Source of the DNA: Dehalococcoidia bacterium
GTDB lineage: Bacteria > Chloroflexota > Dehalococcoidia > Lucifugimonadales > UBA3495
Assembly: GCA_963664375.1 (NCBI GenBank)
Contig: OY761449.1
Coordinates: 2,026,877 to 2,090,876, forward strand
Length of the DNA: 64,000 nucleotides
Direction of reading: 5' to 3'
Shown: piece by piece, positions 38,204 to 46,966 of the stretch
Layout of the letters: every line of letters begins with the position of its first letter
How positions within the stretch are numbered: the stretch's first letter is position 1
Position numbers and translations under genes: made by a program
The notes under the pieces: generated by a model
What the model was told of the DNA's origin: nothing
The model's input: only the letters and a program-made list of their open reading frames with translations
The model's database searches: none

Positions 38204-38920
38204 ATGACGTCCAAACCAAAACCAAAAGGCTGGGCAGGATGCAAGTACGCGCACATCAAGCCGCTGCCTGATCCGCCTAAGGGGCCCTTTGCCATGCAGG
38301 AATCCCGGTTCATCTTCAATGCACGGTTCGTCATCCAGCATCACTTCAGGGACAGGGATGACGTGCTGGTGAATGGATACGGCTATCTCTGTTACGACAC
38401 GAGGGACAGGACGAACTGGACCGTACCGGACTGCATCGTGGCATTCGGCGTGGAACCGGGAGCGATTGAGGCCCGCAACGGATACGTAATCAGTGAGGTG
38501 GGAAAGCCTCCCGACTTTGTGTTGGAGGTTGCTTCCGGGAGTACCGGCAAGAACGACTACACACGGAAACGCGAAATTTATGCCTCAAGAGGTGTTGGCG
38601 AATACTGGCGGTTCGACAGTTCCGGCGGCCGCTTTCACGGCCGGCCTCTGAGCGGAGACCTGCTGGTTGACGGGCAGTTTCAGCCAGTGGAGACACACAC
38701 CGATGCCAGTGGTGTTACCTGGGGCCGCAGCCCGCTGCTGGGATTGGACTTGTGCTGGTTCCAAAACCTGCTGCGCTTTTATGACCCGGTGCAGGGGATG
38801 TACCTGCTGGATGAGCGGGAAACTGCTTCTCTGGCCGCCGCAGCGGAGGAAAGAGCCTCCGCAGCCGAGGAAGAGGCCAGGCGTCTCCGGGAGGAATTGC
38901 GGCGACTCCGGGAGGGGTAA
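38204..38920 (+). CDS. Uma2 family (DUF820) endonuclease, paralog of 3101-3832
   Basis: PDCIVAFGV...GYVISEVGKPPDFVLEVASGSTG...EYWRFD. Same architecture, including the coiled-coil tail; diverged at synonymous sites. Confidence 0.85.
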   Translation: MTSKPKPKGWAGCKYAHIKPLPDPPKGPFAMQESRFIFNARFVIQHHFRDRDDVLVNGYGYLCYDTRDRTNWTVPDCIVAFGVEPGAIEARNGYVISEVGKPPDFVLEVASGSTGKNDYTRKREIYASRGVGEYWRFDSSGGRFHGRPLSGDLLVDGQFQPVETHTDASGVTWGRSPLLGLDLCWFQNLLRFYDPVQGMYLLDERETASLAAAAEERASAAEEEARRLREELRRLREG

Positions 38921-38932
38921 GGAGCTACGGCG

Positions 38933-39334
38933 TCAGGCCATGCGTTCCTTGACGAACTCGAGCACCAGGTTCGACAGGTCGATGGAGCGGTCGGCGTCCA
39001 CCTCGTCGAACGCCTCGAAGCTGGCGCCGCTGGGCAGGAATTCGGGGTAGCGCGTGATGTAGTGGTACTTGTCGAGTTGCCTGGCTTCGCTCTTTACCGT
39101 GTCAAACATCATGTCGAAGAGCTTGGCATCCTCGCACAAGTCCAGCAGCGAGTGTCCCCAGACATCCTCCACCCGCCGGTGGTAGAGGTAGGCCTTGACC
39201 GCTTTCTCGGCGGCCTGCTGCCCCTGGAAACAGGCGAGGTTGTGCCGGCCGTTATCCCGCAGGAAACGGGCGTCCTCCAGGTCTCTTTCGGCTTGCCGCA
39301 GCCAGCGCGCGCCCTCGGACAGGTAATCAGGCAT
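38933..39334 (-). CDS. HEPN domain protein (putative toxin of a HEPN/MNT pair)
   Basis: [12 protein letters not shown] ... [13 protein letters not shown] (Rx5H). The ATG 39334 overlaps the stop of the upstream MNT-like gene (AATGCCTGA). Confidence 0.8.
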   Translation of the reverse strand: MPDYLSEGARWLRQAERDLEDARFLRDNGRHNLACFQGQQAAEKAVKAYLYHRRVEDVWGHSLLDLCEDAKLFDMMFDTVKSEARQLDKYHYITRYPEFLPSGASFEAFDEVDADRSIDLSNLVLEFVKERMA

Positions 39335-39668
39335 TGAAAATCTCCCTTCCCTCGGCACAGGCTCGCCGCAGGGCTGGCAAGGTGTCCTTCAGGGCCTCAA
39401 ATTCCGCGGGGGTGTACACCTGGGTGTCAATTTCCACAGAACTGCCCAAGTGATAGGAAAAGAAGTCGGACCTCCGGCCAAAGGGCCGGTCCGTTTCGTG
39501 GACTACCACCAGCTCGATCCGGCTCTCAGGGGTGAACTCACCGGCGGCCACTTCTCCGGTCAGGATGACCTTTTCCACCCCCAGCATGGGCAGGACTTCT
39601 TGGATATTCTCCAGTTCCCGCTCCAGCATCTGCTTGCGGAATTGGGCAAAGCCCACTCTCATTGGCAT
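39327..39668 (-). CDS. nucleotidyltransferase-fold (MNT-like) protein with a degenerate active-site motif
   Basis: The position and size fit an MNT antitoxin. The usual GSxxRG...SDxD motif reads [20 protein letters not shown] 39668 follows aagagg. Confidence 0.6.
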   Translation of the reverse strand: MPMRVGFAQFRKQMLERELENIQEVLPMLGVEKVILTGEVAAGEFTPESRIELVVVHETDRPFGRRSDFFSYHLGSSVEIDTQVYTPAEFEALKDTLPALRRACAEGREIFNA

Positions 39669-39717
39669 ACTCGAAGACCTCTTTCTGCGGCTACCCGGAT
39701 ACGGGAGAACGGGACGG

Positions 39718-40515
39718 CTATTCGACAATGATCATGTGAACCGCCCTGGGGCCGTGCACTCCCTGCACTATGGTCATCTCGATATCAGCGGTGCGGCTGG
39801 GGCCGGTGATGAAGTTTAGGTAGCTGCCCATTTCGCCGCCGAGCTGCTTGTATTCAAGGCGACGCAACAGGAACAGGTCGTGCAGGCTTTCCAGCACTTC
39901 CTCGGGACGTACCAGCGCGACATGCACCGGCGGCACCAGCGATACCAGCCGCGAAAGGCCCTGGCGTGGCAGGATCACCAGCGAACCGGTCTCCGCCAGC
40001 GCGTAATCCGTACCGGTCAGACCGATGTCCGCGCCGCGCATCTGCTCCCGGAGTTCCTCGCGGCTGGCCGAGGCTCCCCGCACGACCGGAACGATGTCGA
40101 TGCCGCGCCACTGGAGGGCGGAGTCCACTGGCACGTCGTCGAACACCGGCTGCCCGGAACGCACGACCCGCGTGGCGCCCACTTCGCCGACAATCGAGTC
40201 AACCTGTCCCAAGGCGGCTTCAGCGCCCGGCACGCGGTGAACGTTCCAGCCGCCTTTCGCAGCCATATCGGCCAGGCGGTCTAGCAACTGGGGCCGGTTC
40301 TCGCGCAGTCGGGATTCCAGTTCGGCGGCCTGCGCCTCCAGCAACGGCAGGTCTTCCTCCAGCCGGTGGTAACGCTGTGCCGGCGGCCCCTCGGAGCGCC
40401 CAAGCGCATCCCGCACCGACGCCAGGAACTCGGCTTTGCTGCGACCGGGGATGCCGTCATTCCCTCCCCCTTGAGAGGGAGGGTTAGGGTGGGGGTGAAA
40501 TTCTTGCGTCAACAA
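39718..40515 (-). CDS. lutC: lactate utilization protein C (LUD domain)
   Basis: LUD/DUF162 domain and operon order lutA-lutB-lutC. The only canonical in-frame start (ATG 40515) makes a REP element code for residues 6-18 (HPHPNPPSQGGG). Confidence 0.85.
   Translation of the reverse strand: MLTQEFHPHPNPPSQGGGNDGIPGRSKAEFLASVRDALGRSEGPPAQRYHRLEEDLPLLEAQAAELESRLRENRPQLLDRLADMAAKGGWNVHRVPGAEAALGQVDSIVGEVGATRVVRSGQPVFDDVPVDSALQWRGIDIVPVVRGASASREELREQMRGADIGLTGTDYALAETGSLVILPRQGLSRLVSLVPPVHVALVRPEEVLESLHDLFLLRRLEYKQLGGEMGSYLNFITGPSRTADIEMTIVQGVHGPRAVHMIIVE
40462..40499. repeat. REP-like element (family 1) lying inside the annotated 5' end of lutC
   Basis: ccctcccccttgagagggagggttagggtgggggtgaa. 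Confidence 0.8.
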
Positions 40516-41978
40516 CCCCCCTTTCCGCTGTCATCGCCCAATTCGTCGCGCCAGATGTCCCGGAAGGACTTGGCTGGGAGTTGCGGCAGGTCTCGCGCCT
40601 TTGTCCAGCGGGAAAACAGCGGCAGCGGCGCCCGCCGTATCCAGCCGCCGCGCCTGGACATTCCCGGCACCAGCCTCTGCGCGATGCGGCCCAGTCTTGC
40701 GCCAAGGGACATTCGGCCCGGATTGCGCATCAGCCGCGCGTAGGCCCGCGCCAGGAACCGCTCCGAGCGTGTCGATGCGCGTTCTTTTGGATCGTCGCTT
40801 TCTGCGGTGCGGTGCCGCAGCTCCAGCAGCATGCGCGGGATGTTGATCTTGATGGGGCATGCTTCGCGGCAGGCCCCGCACAGACTGGACGCCTGGGGCA
40901 GCATCTTTGACTCTTTCAGCCCCGTCAGCATGGGCGACACCACCGCTCCGATGGGGCCGGGGTAGACCCAGCCGTAAGCGTGCCCGCCTACCCTGGCGTA
41001 CACCGGGCAGATGTTGAGGCAGGCCCCGCAGCGGATGCAGTACAGCGCCTCCCGCAGCTTGGGATCGCGCAGCATCCGCGACCGTCCGTTGTCCACCAGC
41101 ACCAGGTGAAATTCCTCCGGGCCGTCCTCGTCGTCCTCGCGGCGCGGCCCAGTAATCATGCTTACGTAGCTGGAAATGCGCTGCCCGGTGGCCGAGCGCG
41201 GCAGCAGCCGCAGGAAGATGGCCAAGTCCTGCATCGACGGGATCACCTTTTCCATTCCCGTGATGCCGATGTGGATCCGGGGCGCGGAGGTGCAGAGCCG
41301 TCCATTGCCCTCGTTGGTCACGATAACCAGCGTGCCAGTTTCCGCCACCACGAAGTTGGCCCCGCTGATGCCGAGGTCGGCCTGCATGAACTTGTCCCGC
41401 AACACCTGCCGGGCCGTGCCAGCCATGCGCACGATGTCCTCGTCGTAGGGCACGCCCAGCTTGTCCGCGAACAGCTCGGCCACGTCCTCCTTGGACTTGT
41501 GCAACGCTGGCGCCACCAAGTGCGACGGCGTCTCCCCCGCGAGCTGGATGATGTACTCGCCCAGGTCGGTCTCGTAGACGTCTACCCCAATGGACTCCAG
41601 CACCGGGTTGAGTTCCAGCTCCTCCGACACCATGCTCTTGCTCTTGGTGGCGACCTTGACGCCCCGGCTCTGCGCCAGGTGCGAGACGATGGCGTTGGCC
41701 TCCGCGGCGTCGGCGGCGAAGTGCACCTGTCCCCCGGCGGCGGTCACGTTGTCGTGGAGCATCTCCAGGTAATAGTCGAGGTGGTCCAGGGTGTGTATCT
41801 TGATCTGCCGGGCTTCCTCGCGCCACTCCTCCCAGGCCTCCCACGATACCTCTTCGATGGCGTTGCGCCGCGCCACGTCAAATCCCGAGCCGACGCGGTC
41901 CAGCGCCCGCCGCAGTTGCGGGTCCAGCATTGCCGACGCCGATGCTCGCGTGAATTGACTGGTCTTTACTTCCGGCAT
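40509..41978 (-). CDS. lutB: lactate utilization protein B (4Fe-4S, LUD domain)
   Basis: CIRCGACLNICPVY and CGACREACP ferredoxin-type motifs plus a LUD domain. Confidence 0.92.
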   Translation of the reverse strand: MPEVKTSQFTRASASAMLDPQLRRALDRVGSGFDVARRNAIEEVSWEAWEEWREEARQIKIHTLDHLDYYLEMLHDNVTAAGGQVHFAADAAEANAIVSHLAQSRGVKVATKSKSMVSEELELNPVLESIGVDVYETDLGEYIIQLAGETPSHLVAPALHKSKEDVAELFADKLGVPYDEDIVRMAGTARQVLRDKFMQADLGISGANFVVAETGTLVIVTNEGNGRLCTSAPRIHIGITGMEKVIPSMQDLAIFLRLLPRSATGQRISSYVSMITGPRREDDEDGPEEFHLVLVDNGRSRMLRDPKLREALYCIRCGACLNICPVYARVGGHAYGWVYPGPIGAVVSPMLTGLKESKMLPQASSLCGACREACPIKINIPRMLLELRHRTAESDDPKERASTRSERFLARAYARLMRNPGRMSLGARLGRIAQRLVPGMSRRGGWIRRAPLPLFSRWTKARDLPQLPAKSFRDIWRDELGDDSGKGGC

Positions 41979-42003
41979 AATCCCCTATCTCTCGCCAAGT
42001 ACT

Positions 42004-42040
42004 CCCTCCCCCTCAAGGGGAGGGCTGGGGTGGGGGTGAA
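42004..42040. repeat. REP-like element (family 1)
   Basis: ccctccccctcaaggggagggctggggtgggggtgaa between lutA and lutB. Confidence 0.8.
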
Positions 42041-42066
42041 CTTCCCCATTCCGAATTCCAAATTCC

Positions 42067-42804
42067 TCACTCCCCGTCCAGCACCTGCGCGATGTGCCGT
42101 ATCCTGATGTCCGGGTCCTGCCGCCGCAACGCCCCTCCGATGTGCATCAGGCAGCTCATGTCGCATGACACCAGCGTGTCCGCGCCCGATTGCCGCACGC
42201 TTGCCACCTTGTCCGCCAGCATCCCTTCCGAGATGTGCGGCAATTTGACCGAGAAGCTGCCGCCGAAGCCGCAACATGTCTCAGCGTTGGGCAGCTCCCG
42301 CAACTCCAGCCCTTCGATAGCGCCGAGGAGCGACAGCGGTTCTTCCCGCACTTCCATCTCCCGTAGTAGGTGGCAGCCCTGGTGAAACACCGCCGACCCG
42401 GGCCGCTCCACCCCGGCGTCCTCCACTCCAAGCACCTTGACCAGGAACTCGGAGAATTCGTACACCCGGTGCGACAGCGACTCCGCCCGCCTCAGCATCT
42501 CCGGCTCATCCTCGAACAGGTCCAGGTAGAACACCTTCATCATGGCGGAGCAAGACCCCGACGGCACCACCACGTAGTCGCTGGCCTGGAACTCATCCAG
42601 CGTCCTCAGCGCCATCTCCCGGGCCTCACGGGTGAACCCCGAGTTGTACAGCGCCTGCCCGCAGCACGTCTGCCCTTCGGGAAAGCTGACGTTGACCCCA
42701 AGCCGCCGCAACACCCGCACCGCGCTGACGCCGACCTCGGGAAACAACTGGTCAACGATGCAGGTTACGAACAGGTCGGCCCTCGGTTGCATTTCCTGCG
42801 TCAA
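42067..42804 (-). CDS. lutA: lactate utilization protein A (CCG-domain Fe-S oxidoreductase)
   Basis: Two CCG motifs (QTCCGQ, ETCCGFGG). Confidence 0.92.
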   Translation of the reverse strand: MTQEMQPRADLFVTCIVDQLFPEVGVSAVRVLRRLGVNVSFPEGQTCCGQALYNSGFTREAREMALRTLDEFQASDYVVVPSGSCSAMMKVFYLDLFEDEPEMLRRAESLSHRVYEFSEFLVKVLGVEDAGVERPGSAVFHQGCHLLREMEVREEPLSLLGAIEGLELRELPNAETCCGFGGSFSVKLPHISEGMLADKVASVRQSGADTLVSCDMSCLMHIGGALRRQDPDIRIRHIAQVLDGE

Positions 42805-42958
42805 TCCAGCCTCCTATCGTCCGAAAGCCTAACAGACGGACGGAACACTGGCAACGATTGACAAAACCCGTTACCTCTCGTTGACAGCCCCCGGCTACGA
42901 TTCTACACTCGCCCACCAGCGTAAGCACAATCAGACACGGAAGGCGGAGGCGCTGCTG

Positions 42959-44080
42959 ATGAGGGATTCGGTGGACGTGGCAATCGTTGGCGGGGGCGTG
43001 ATGGGCTGCGCCATCGCCTGGCAGTTGGTCAAACGCGGCGTCTCTTGCGCCCTGGTCGAAAGGCGGGAATTCGGAAACGGAGCCTCCGGGGCGACCGCTG
43101 GCGTGGTTGGCCCGCTGTGGCACCTCGACCCTGATGACAGAGACCTGTTCCGGCTTGGGATGCGCAGCCTGGAGCTTTTCCCGCAATGGTCGTCTGAATT
43201 GGCGGAGGCCGGCGTCAACCCCGAGTTTCAGCAAAACGGCGTGCTGCGGCTGGCGTTTTCGGAAGACGAAGTAGAGGAACTCAGGGGATTTCTCACATGG
43301 CAGTCGGAACTCAGGATGGACGTGCAGTGGCTGGACAAGGCGCAGGTATTGGAACAGGAGCCATTGTGCAGCACTGAAACGCTGGCGGCCATCTTTTCCC
43401 CGGAGGAGGGTTGCATCCGTGGCCAGCGGTTCTGCGATGCCCTGGCCCACGCCGCCGGGCGGCTGGGAGCGAGGCTTTACGAACGCACGGAGGTTACGGC
43501 GCTTATCCACGACGGCGACCGAGTCACCGGAGTCGAAACGACCGCCGGAAACATCGCGGCGGGCCAGGTGGTGCTGGCTGCCGGGCCTGGCAGCGGCATT
43601 GCGGGGCGATGGTCATCCCCCGGCGGGCCACTCGACCTTCCCGTGCGAGGGGTAAAGGGACAGCGGATCCTGCTCCGGCGACCCGGTTTCATGCCTCAGA
43701 CGCCGGTGAGGAATACGTCGGTCTATGTCGTTCCGCGGCTGGACGGCAACATACTGGTGGCGTCAACGAGGGAAGAAGGCCGCACCGACGAGACCGTAAC
43801 CGCCGAAGGCGTCGCAACGCTGATTTCGGGCGCGGTATTGTCCTTTCCTATGCTTGCGGACGCCGCCTTTGTTGGCGGACGGGCCGGAGTGCGCCCCGCG
43901 ACACCCGACGGCCGCCCCATCATCGGCCCCGTCCCCGGCGTGGATGGCCTGACCATCGCCACGGGCCACGACGCCGTAGGCATCATGCTCAGCCCCGGCA
44001 CCGCCGAGCTGGTAGTCAACTGGCTGTTGGACGGAGCCGCCGAACCTCTGGAACCTTTCCGCGTAGACCGCTTCAGTTAG
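42959..44080 (+). CDS. FAD-dependent oxidoreductase (glycine/D-amino-acid oxidase family)
   Basis: VAIVGGGVMGCAIAWQL dinucleotide fold. ATG 42959 follows aaggcggagg. Confidence 0.85.
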   Translation: MRDSVDVAIVGGGVMGCAIAWQLVKRGVSCALVERREFGNGASGATAGVVGPLWHLDPDDRDLFRLGMRSLELFPQWSSELAEAGVNPEFQQNGVLRLAFSEDEVEELRGFLTWQSELRMDVQWLDKAQVLEQEPLCSTETLAAIFSPEEGCIRGQRFCDALAHAAGRLGARLYERTEVTALIHDGDRVTGVETTAGNIAAGQVVLAAGPGSGIAGRWSSPGGPLDLPVRGVKGQRILLRRPGFMPQTPVRNTSVYVVPRLDGNILVASTREEGRTDETVTAEGVATLISGAVLSFPMLADAAFVGGRAGVRPATPDGRPIIGPVPGVDGLTIATGHDAVGIMLSPGTAELVVNWLLDGAAEPLEPFRVDRFS

Positions 44081-44292
44081 CGGCTGTTGTCCTCGAATGA
44101 CTCACTCGGTTCAGGCGCCTCTGTACGACTGTGCCATTCCGACATTGGTGGAAGTTTACCGCCGGGAGGCTTGTCGTGAGGGATGAACACATACTTTCCT
44201 CCTCTGGGAGGGGAAAGTCTGGCAAAAGGCACTCTCTTTAGCGGTTTTTCCTCTCCGCTAACGTCTGGCGACGATTTCTTGAATAGCCTCAC
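44077..44292 (-). CDS. possible small ORF (71 aa), doubtful
   Basis: Track ORF only. It lies 26 nt downstream of 44319-44966 on the same strand, with no recognisable family. Confidence 0.2.
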   Translation of the reverse strand: MRLFKKSSPDVSGEEKPLKRVPFARLSPPRGGKYVFIPHDKPPGGKLPPMSEWHSRTEAPEPSESFEDNSR

Positions 44293-44318
44293 AGTTCTCT
44301 CAAAGTCCTCTTGACCAT

Positions 44319-44966
44319 TTAGCTGATATTTACTATATCATATACTGATGATAAATCCCATCCCCGTTGCCCTTGCAAAGTAATCGAGTATCTTGAATCG
44401 CCAAGGAACGTGTAAACGACAACGGATTTAGTATCTGAAGATACGATGAAATCTATTGTTTCCTGATGAAATTCCCCAGGCTCTACATAGGTTTCCCCCT
44501 CGCCTCTGGCTAACTGGGATTCGGAGATTACAGGCCACTCCAATTCAAGAATACTGCCGGATTCAGGCATTTCCAGATACAACTGTTCTACCTGTTCGTC
44601 AGAAAGAGGCGCCACATGATACAGGCGAAATATACCATCCACGATATCCACCTTCACCCGAGAGCTGTTATGCAAGGTGACTGAAACTGATATGTGGATG
44701 TAACTGTCGCTCACCGGCCGGTGGGAAATATCGTGGGTGATGGTCAGGTGCGGCTCAAAATCCCGGAACACCTCCAGCTTGTAGGCCGCGAACAGCCCGC
44801 CCGCGAGGATAGCGAATGCCGTTACCGACGCCTGGGCAACCGCTGCCAGTTCCCTGGCCTTCCCTGAATCGGTCAAGAGCAGCGCCAGCAAAGGCAACGA
44901 GACCGCCGCCAACAACAGCAACAGGCCCGGCAGCAGCAAGGCCGGGCGAATCCGGCGCCGTCGCAT
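44319..44966 (-). CDS. hypothetical protein: two N-terminal TM helices + beta-rich C-terminal domain
   Basis: RRRRIRPALLLPGLLLLLAAVSLPLLALLL and AFAILAGGLFAAY, followed by alternating beta-like segments. The C-terminal coding half is visibly AT-rich relative to the genome. Confidence 0.6.
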   Translation of the reverse strand: MRRRRIRPALLLPGLLLLLAAVSLPLLALLLTDSGKARELAAVAQASVTAFAILAGGLFAAYKLEVFRDFEPHLTITHDISHRPVSDSYIHISVSVTLHNSSRVKVDIVDGIFRLYHVAPLSDEQVEQLYLEMPESGSILELEWPVISESQLARGEGETYVEPGEFHQETIDFIVSSDTKSVVVYTFLGDSRYSITLQGQRGWDLSSVYDIVNIS

Positions 44967-44981
44967 AGCAGGTATTGGCCC

Positions 44982-46664
44982 TCAGGCCGACAGCGCTACG
45001 TCTACGATGGCGACACGGCCTGAATCCACCGCCGCCTGGGCCTCTTGCAGCGCTCCCTTCAGCCGCGACGGGTCTTCCACCCGCTCGCCGTGGCCGCCGA
45101 AGGGCTTGGCCAGCTCCGAGTAGTCCGGCCCCGGGATGTCGACGCCGTGGTAGATGCCCGTTTGCACCGCGGTGCCTTCGGGGTAGAAGGAGTGGTGCAG
45201 GCTCTTCATCGCGGCGTAGCTGGCGTTGTTGAAGACTACGATCAGGATGGGCAGGTTGCTCTCGCGCGCCACGCCGAGGCTCTGGGTGATGGGGTTGTAC
45301 AGGAAGGAGCCATCCCCGATCAGCGCGGTCACTGGCCGGTCAGGGGCCGCGAGCTTGGCGCCCAGCGCGATGCCCAGCCCTTGGCCCAGTCCGCCCGCAG
45401 GCCGCATGTAGGACAGCGGGTTGTCCCAAGCGATGCGGCGCAGGATCTGGGCACGGTGCAGGATGGTCTCGTCCACGAAAACGGTGTTTGACGGCAGGGT
45501 CTCGCTGATGGTATTGCACAGGAATCCGGTATCAATGGGCGACGCGGTGTCCGCCCCTGCGCCCAACGCGCCGTAACGCTCCCACACCGGATTGGCGTGC
45601 GGCGGTAACGCCGGGGGAGCGCCGCCGTTGCGCTCTCGCACGGCGGAATCCAGCGCCGACAGCGTGACCGGCAGCGATCCTTCGAGGTACATGTCCGCCT
45701 GAAGGTCTTGGTGAACCATGTATTCCTTGATCGGATATTCGTCAATGACCACCACGGTCGCCGACGGCCCGGCGCTGGGCGGATACCAGGGCGCGCGGTT
45801 CCCGATGACCAGAAACAGGTCGAAGCGGTCCATCTCGCGTTTCAGGTCATAGCCGTGATGCAGCGGGTGGCTCTTGGGGAAGTTGTTATAGGTCGGCCCC
45901 TCGCCCTCGAATACCGGGATGCCGCGCGACTCCGCCAGCGAGACCAGCGCGCTGAATCCCTCCACAGTACGGCCCGCCGAATCGGCAACGATAACCGGGT
46001 TCTCGGCGCAGCACAGCAGGTCTGCTACTCTCGCGACAGCGGCCGGATCGGGAGGACTCACCGGCCCGCCGTGGCGGTGCTTGAGCGTCTGGCTTGGCGT
46101 CCACTCCTCCAGCATCGTCTCGATGGGGACGTTCAGGAACGTGGGCCCCATCGGAGTGCGCTGCGCCAGCTCTCCGGCGCGGGCCACCGTCTCGTACAGC
46201 GTGGCCGCGCTGGTTATCCGGCTGCTCCACTTGGTGAACGGCTCGACCAGGCGGTTGGGGCCGCCCACGATGCTGAGGTTCCGCAGCCACTGGGGCCCGG
46301 GATCCATTTCCGGCACTTCGCCGTAGGTGGCCGACTCGCCGGAGCACACCAGCATGGGCACCTCGCTCTGATACGCGCCGTGGATGCCCATTGACCCCTG
46401 CAACACACCCACGCCAGCGTGCAGCAGCACCGCCTGCATTCGCCCCGTCATCCGCGTGTAGCCCGAGGCCATGGCCACGGCCAGCGTCTCGTGCCAGCAG
46501 TTGATGTATGCCGGGCCCGGCTGCTCGTTCACCTTCTGCCGCGCCAAAGCCTCCCAGACAGACGGCCACTCCGACCCCGGCGACGAGATGATGTAATCGA
46601 CGTCCAGGTTCCGCAGCGCTTCCAGTATTGCGTCGCCGCCGTCCAATCGTTCGGTCATTGCCAT
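44982..46664 (-). CDS. thiamine pyrophosphate-dependent enzyme (acetolactate synthase large-subunit-like)
   Basis: N-terminal Pyr domain (ISSPGSEW..., GYTRMTG) and a C-terminal GDGSF...NN TPP motif (IGDGSFLYNP...VFNNASY). The track N-terminus (to 46730) is a translated REP. Confidence 0.88.
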   Translation of the reverse strand: MAMTERLDGGDAILEALRNLDVDYIISSPGSEWPSVWEALARQKVNEQPGPAYINCWHETLAVAMASGYTRMTGRMQAVLLHAGVGVLQGSMGIHGAYQSEVPMLVCSGESATYGEVPEMDPGPQWLRNLSIVGGPNRLVEPFTKWSSRITSAATLYETVARAGELAQRTPMGPTFLNVPIETMLEEWTPSQTLKHRHGGPVSPPDPAAVARVADLLCCAENPVIVADSAGRTVEGFSALVSLAESRGIPVFEGEGPTYNNFPKSHPLHHGYDLKREMDRFDLFLVIGNRAPWYPPSAGPSATVVVIDEYPIKEYMVHQDLQADMYLEGSLPVTLSALDSAVRERNGGAPPALPPHANPVWERYGALGAGADTASPIDTGFLCNTISETLPSNTVFVDETILHRAQILRRIAWDNPLSYMRPAGGLGQGLGIALGAKLAAPDRPVTALIGDGSFLYNPITQSLGVARESNLPILIVVFNNASYAAMKSLHHSFYPEGTAVQTGIYHGVDIPGPDYSELAKPFGGHGERVEDPSRLKGALQEAQAAVDSGRVAIVDVALSA

Positions 46665-46684
46665 ACTCACAGAGTCCTTTAGTT

Positions 46685-46722
46685 CCCCTCTGCCTCGAGG
46701 GAGAGGGTTGAGGTAAGGGTTA
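46685..46722. repeat. REP-like element (family 1, degenerate)
   Basis: cccctctgcctcgagggagagggttgaggtaagggtta. Confidence 0.7.
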
Positions 46723-46746
46723 AATTCCAAATGCCGGGTACCGCTG

Positions 46747-46959
46747 TCACTTCACCCAGCGGCATTCGGGCTGGTGGCCGTGAGCGCCCCGGTCGATGCA
46801 AGTACAGGGGATGTCTTCGCGCAGCCTGAACCCGTGATACTCCAGGAACGAGTGGAATCCCGGGTAGAACCCCTCGCCCTCGTCGATGGAGTCGAACCCG
46901 GCCTGGAAGGCATCCCGCAGTTCTTCGCGGGTTGGCCCAATCACATTCGCGCTAACCAT
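46747..46959 (-). CDS. hypothetical small protein with a Cys/His-rich C-terminus (70 aa)
   Basis: ATG 46959 follows ggagtg, 7 nt after the stop of the MNT-HEPN gene. The C-terminus reads CTCIDRGAHGHQPECRW. Confidence 0.5.
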   Translation of the reverse strand: MVSANVIGPTREELRDAFQAGFDSIDEGEGFYPGFHSFLEYHGFRLREDIPCTCIDRGAHGHQPECRWVK

Positions 46960-46966
46960 AGCTGAA

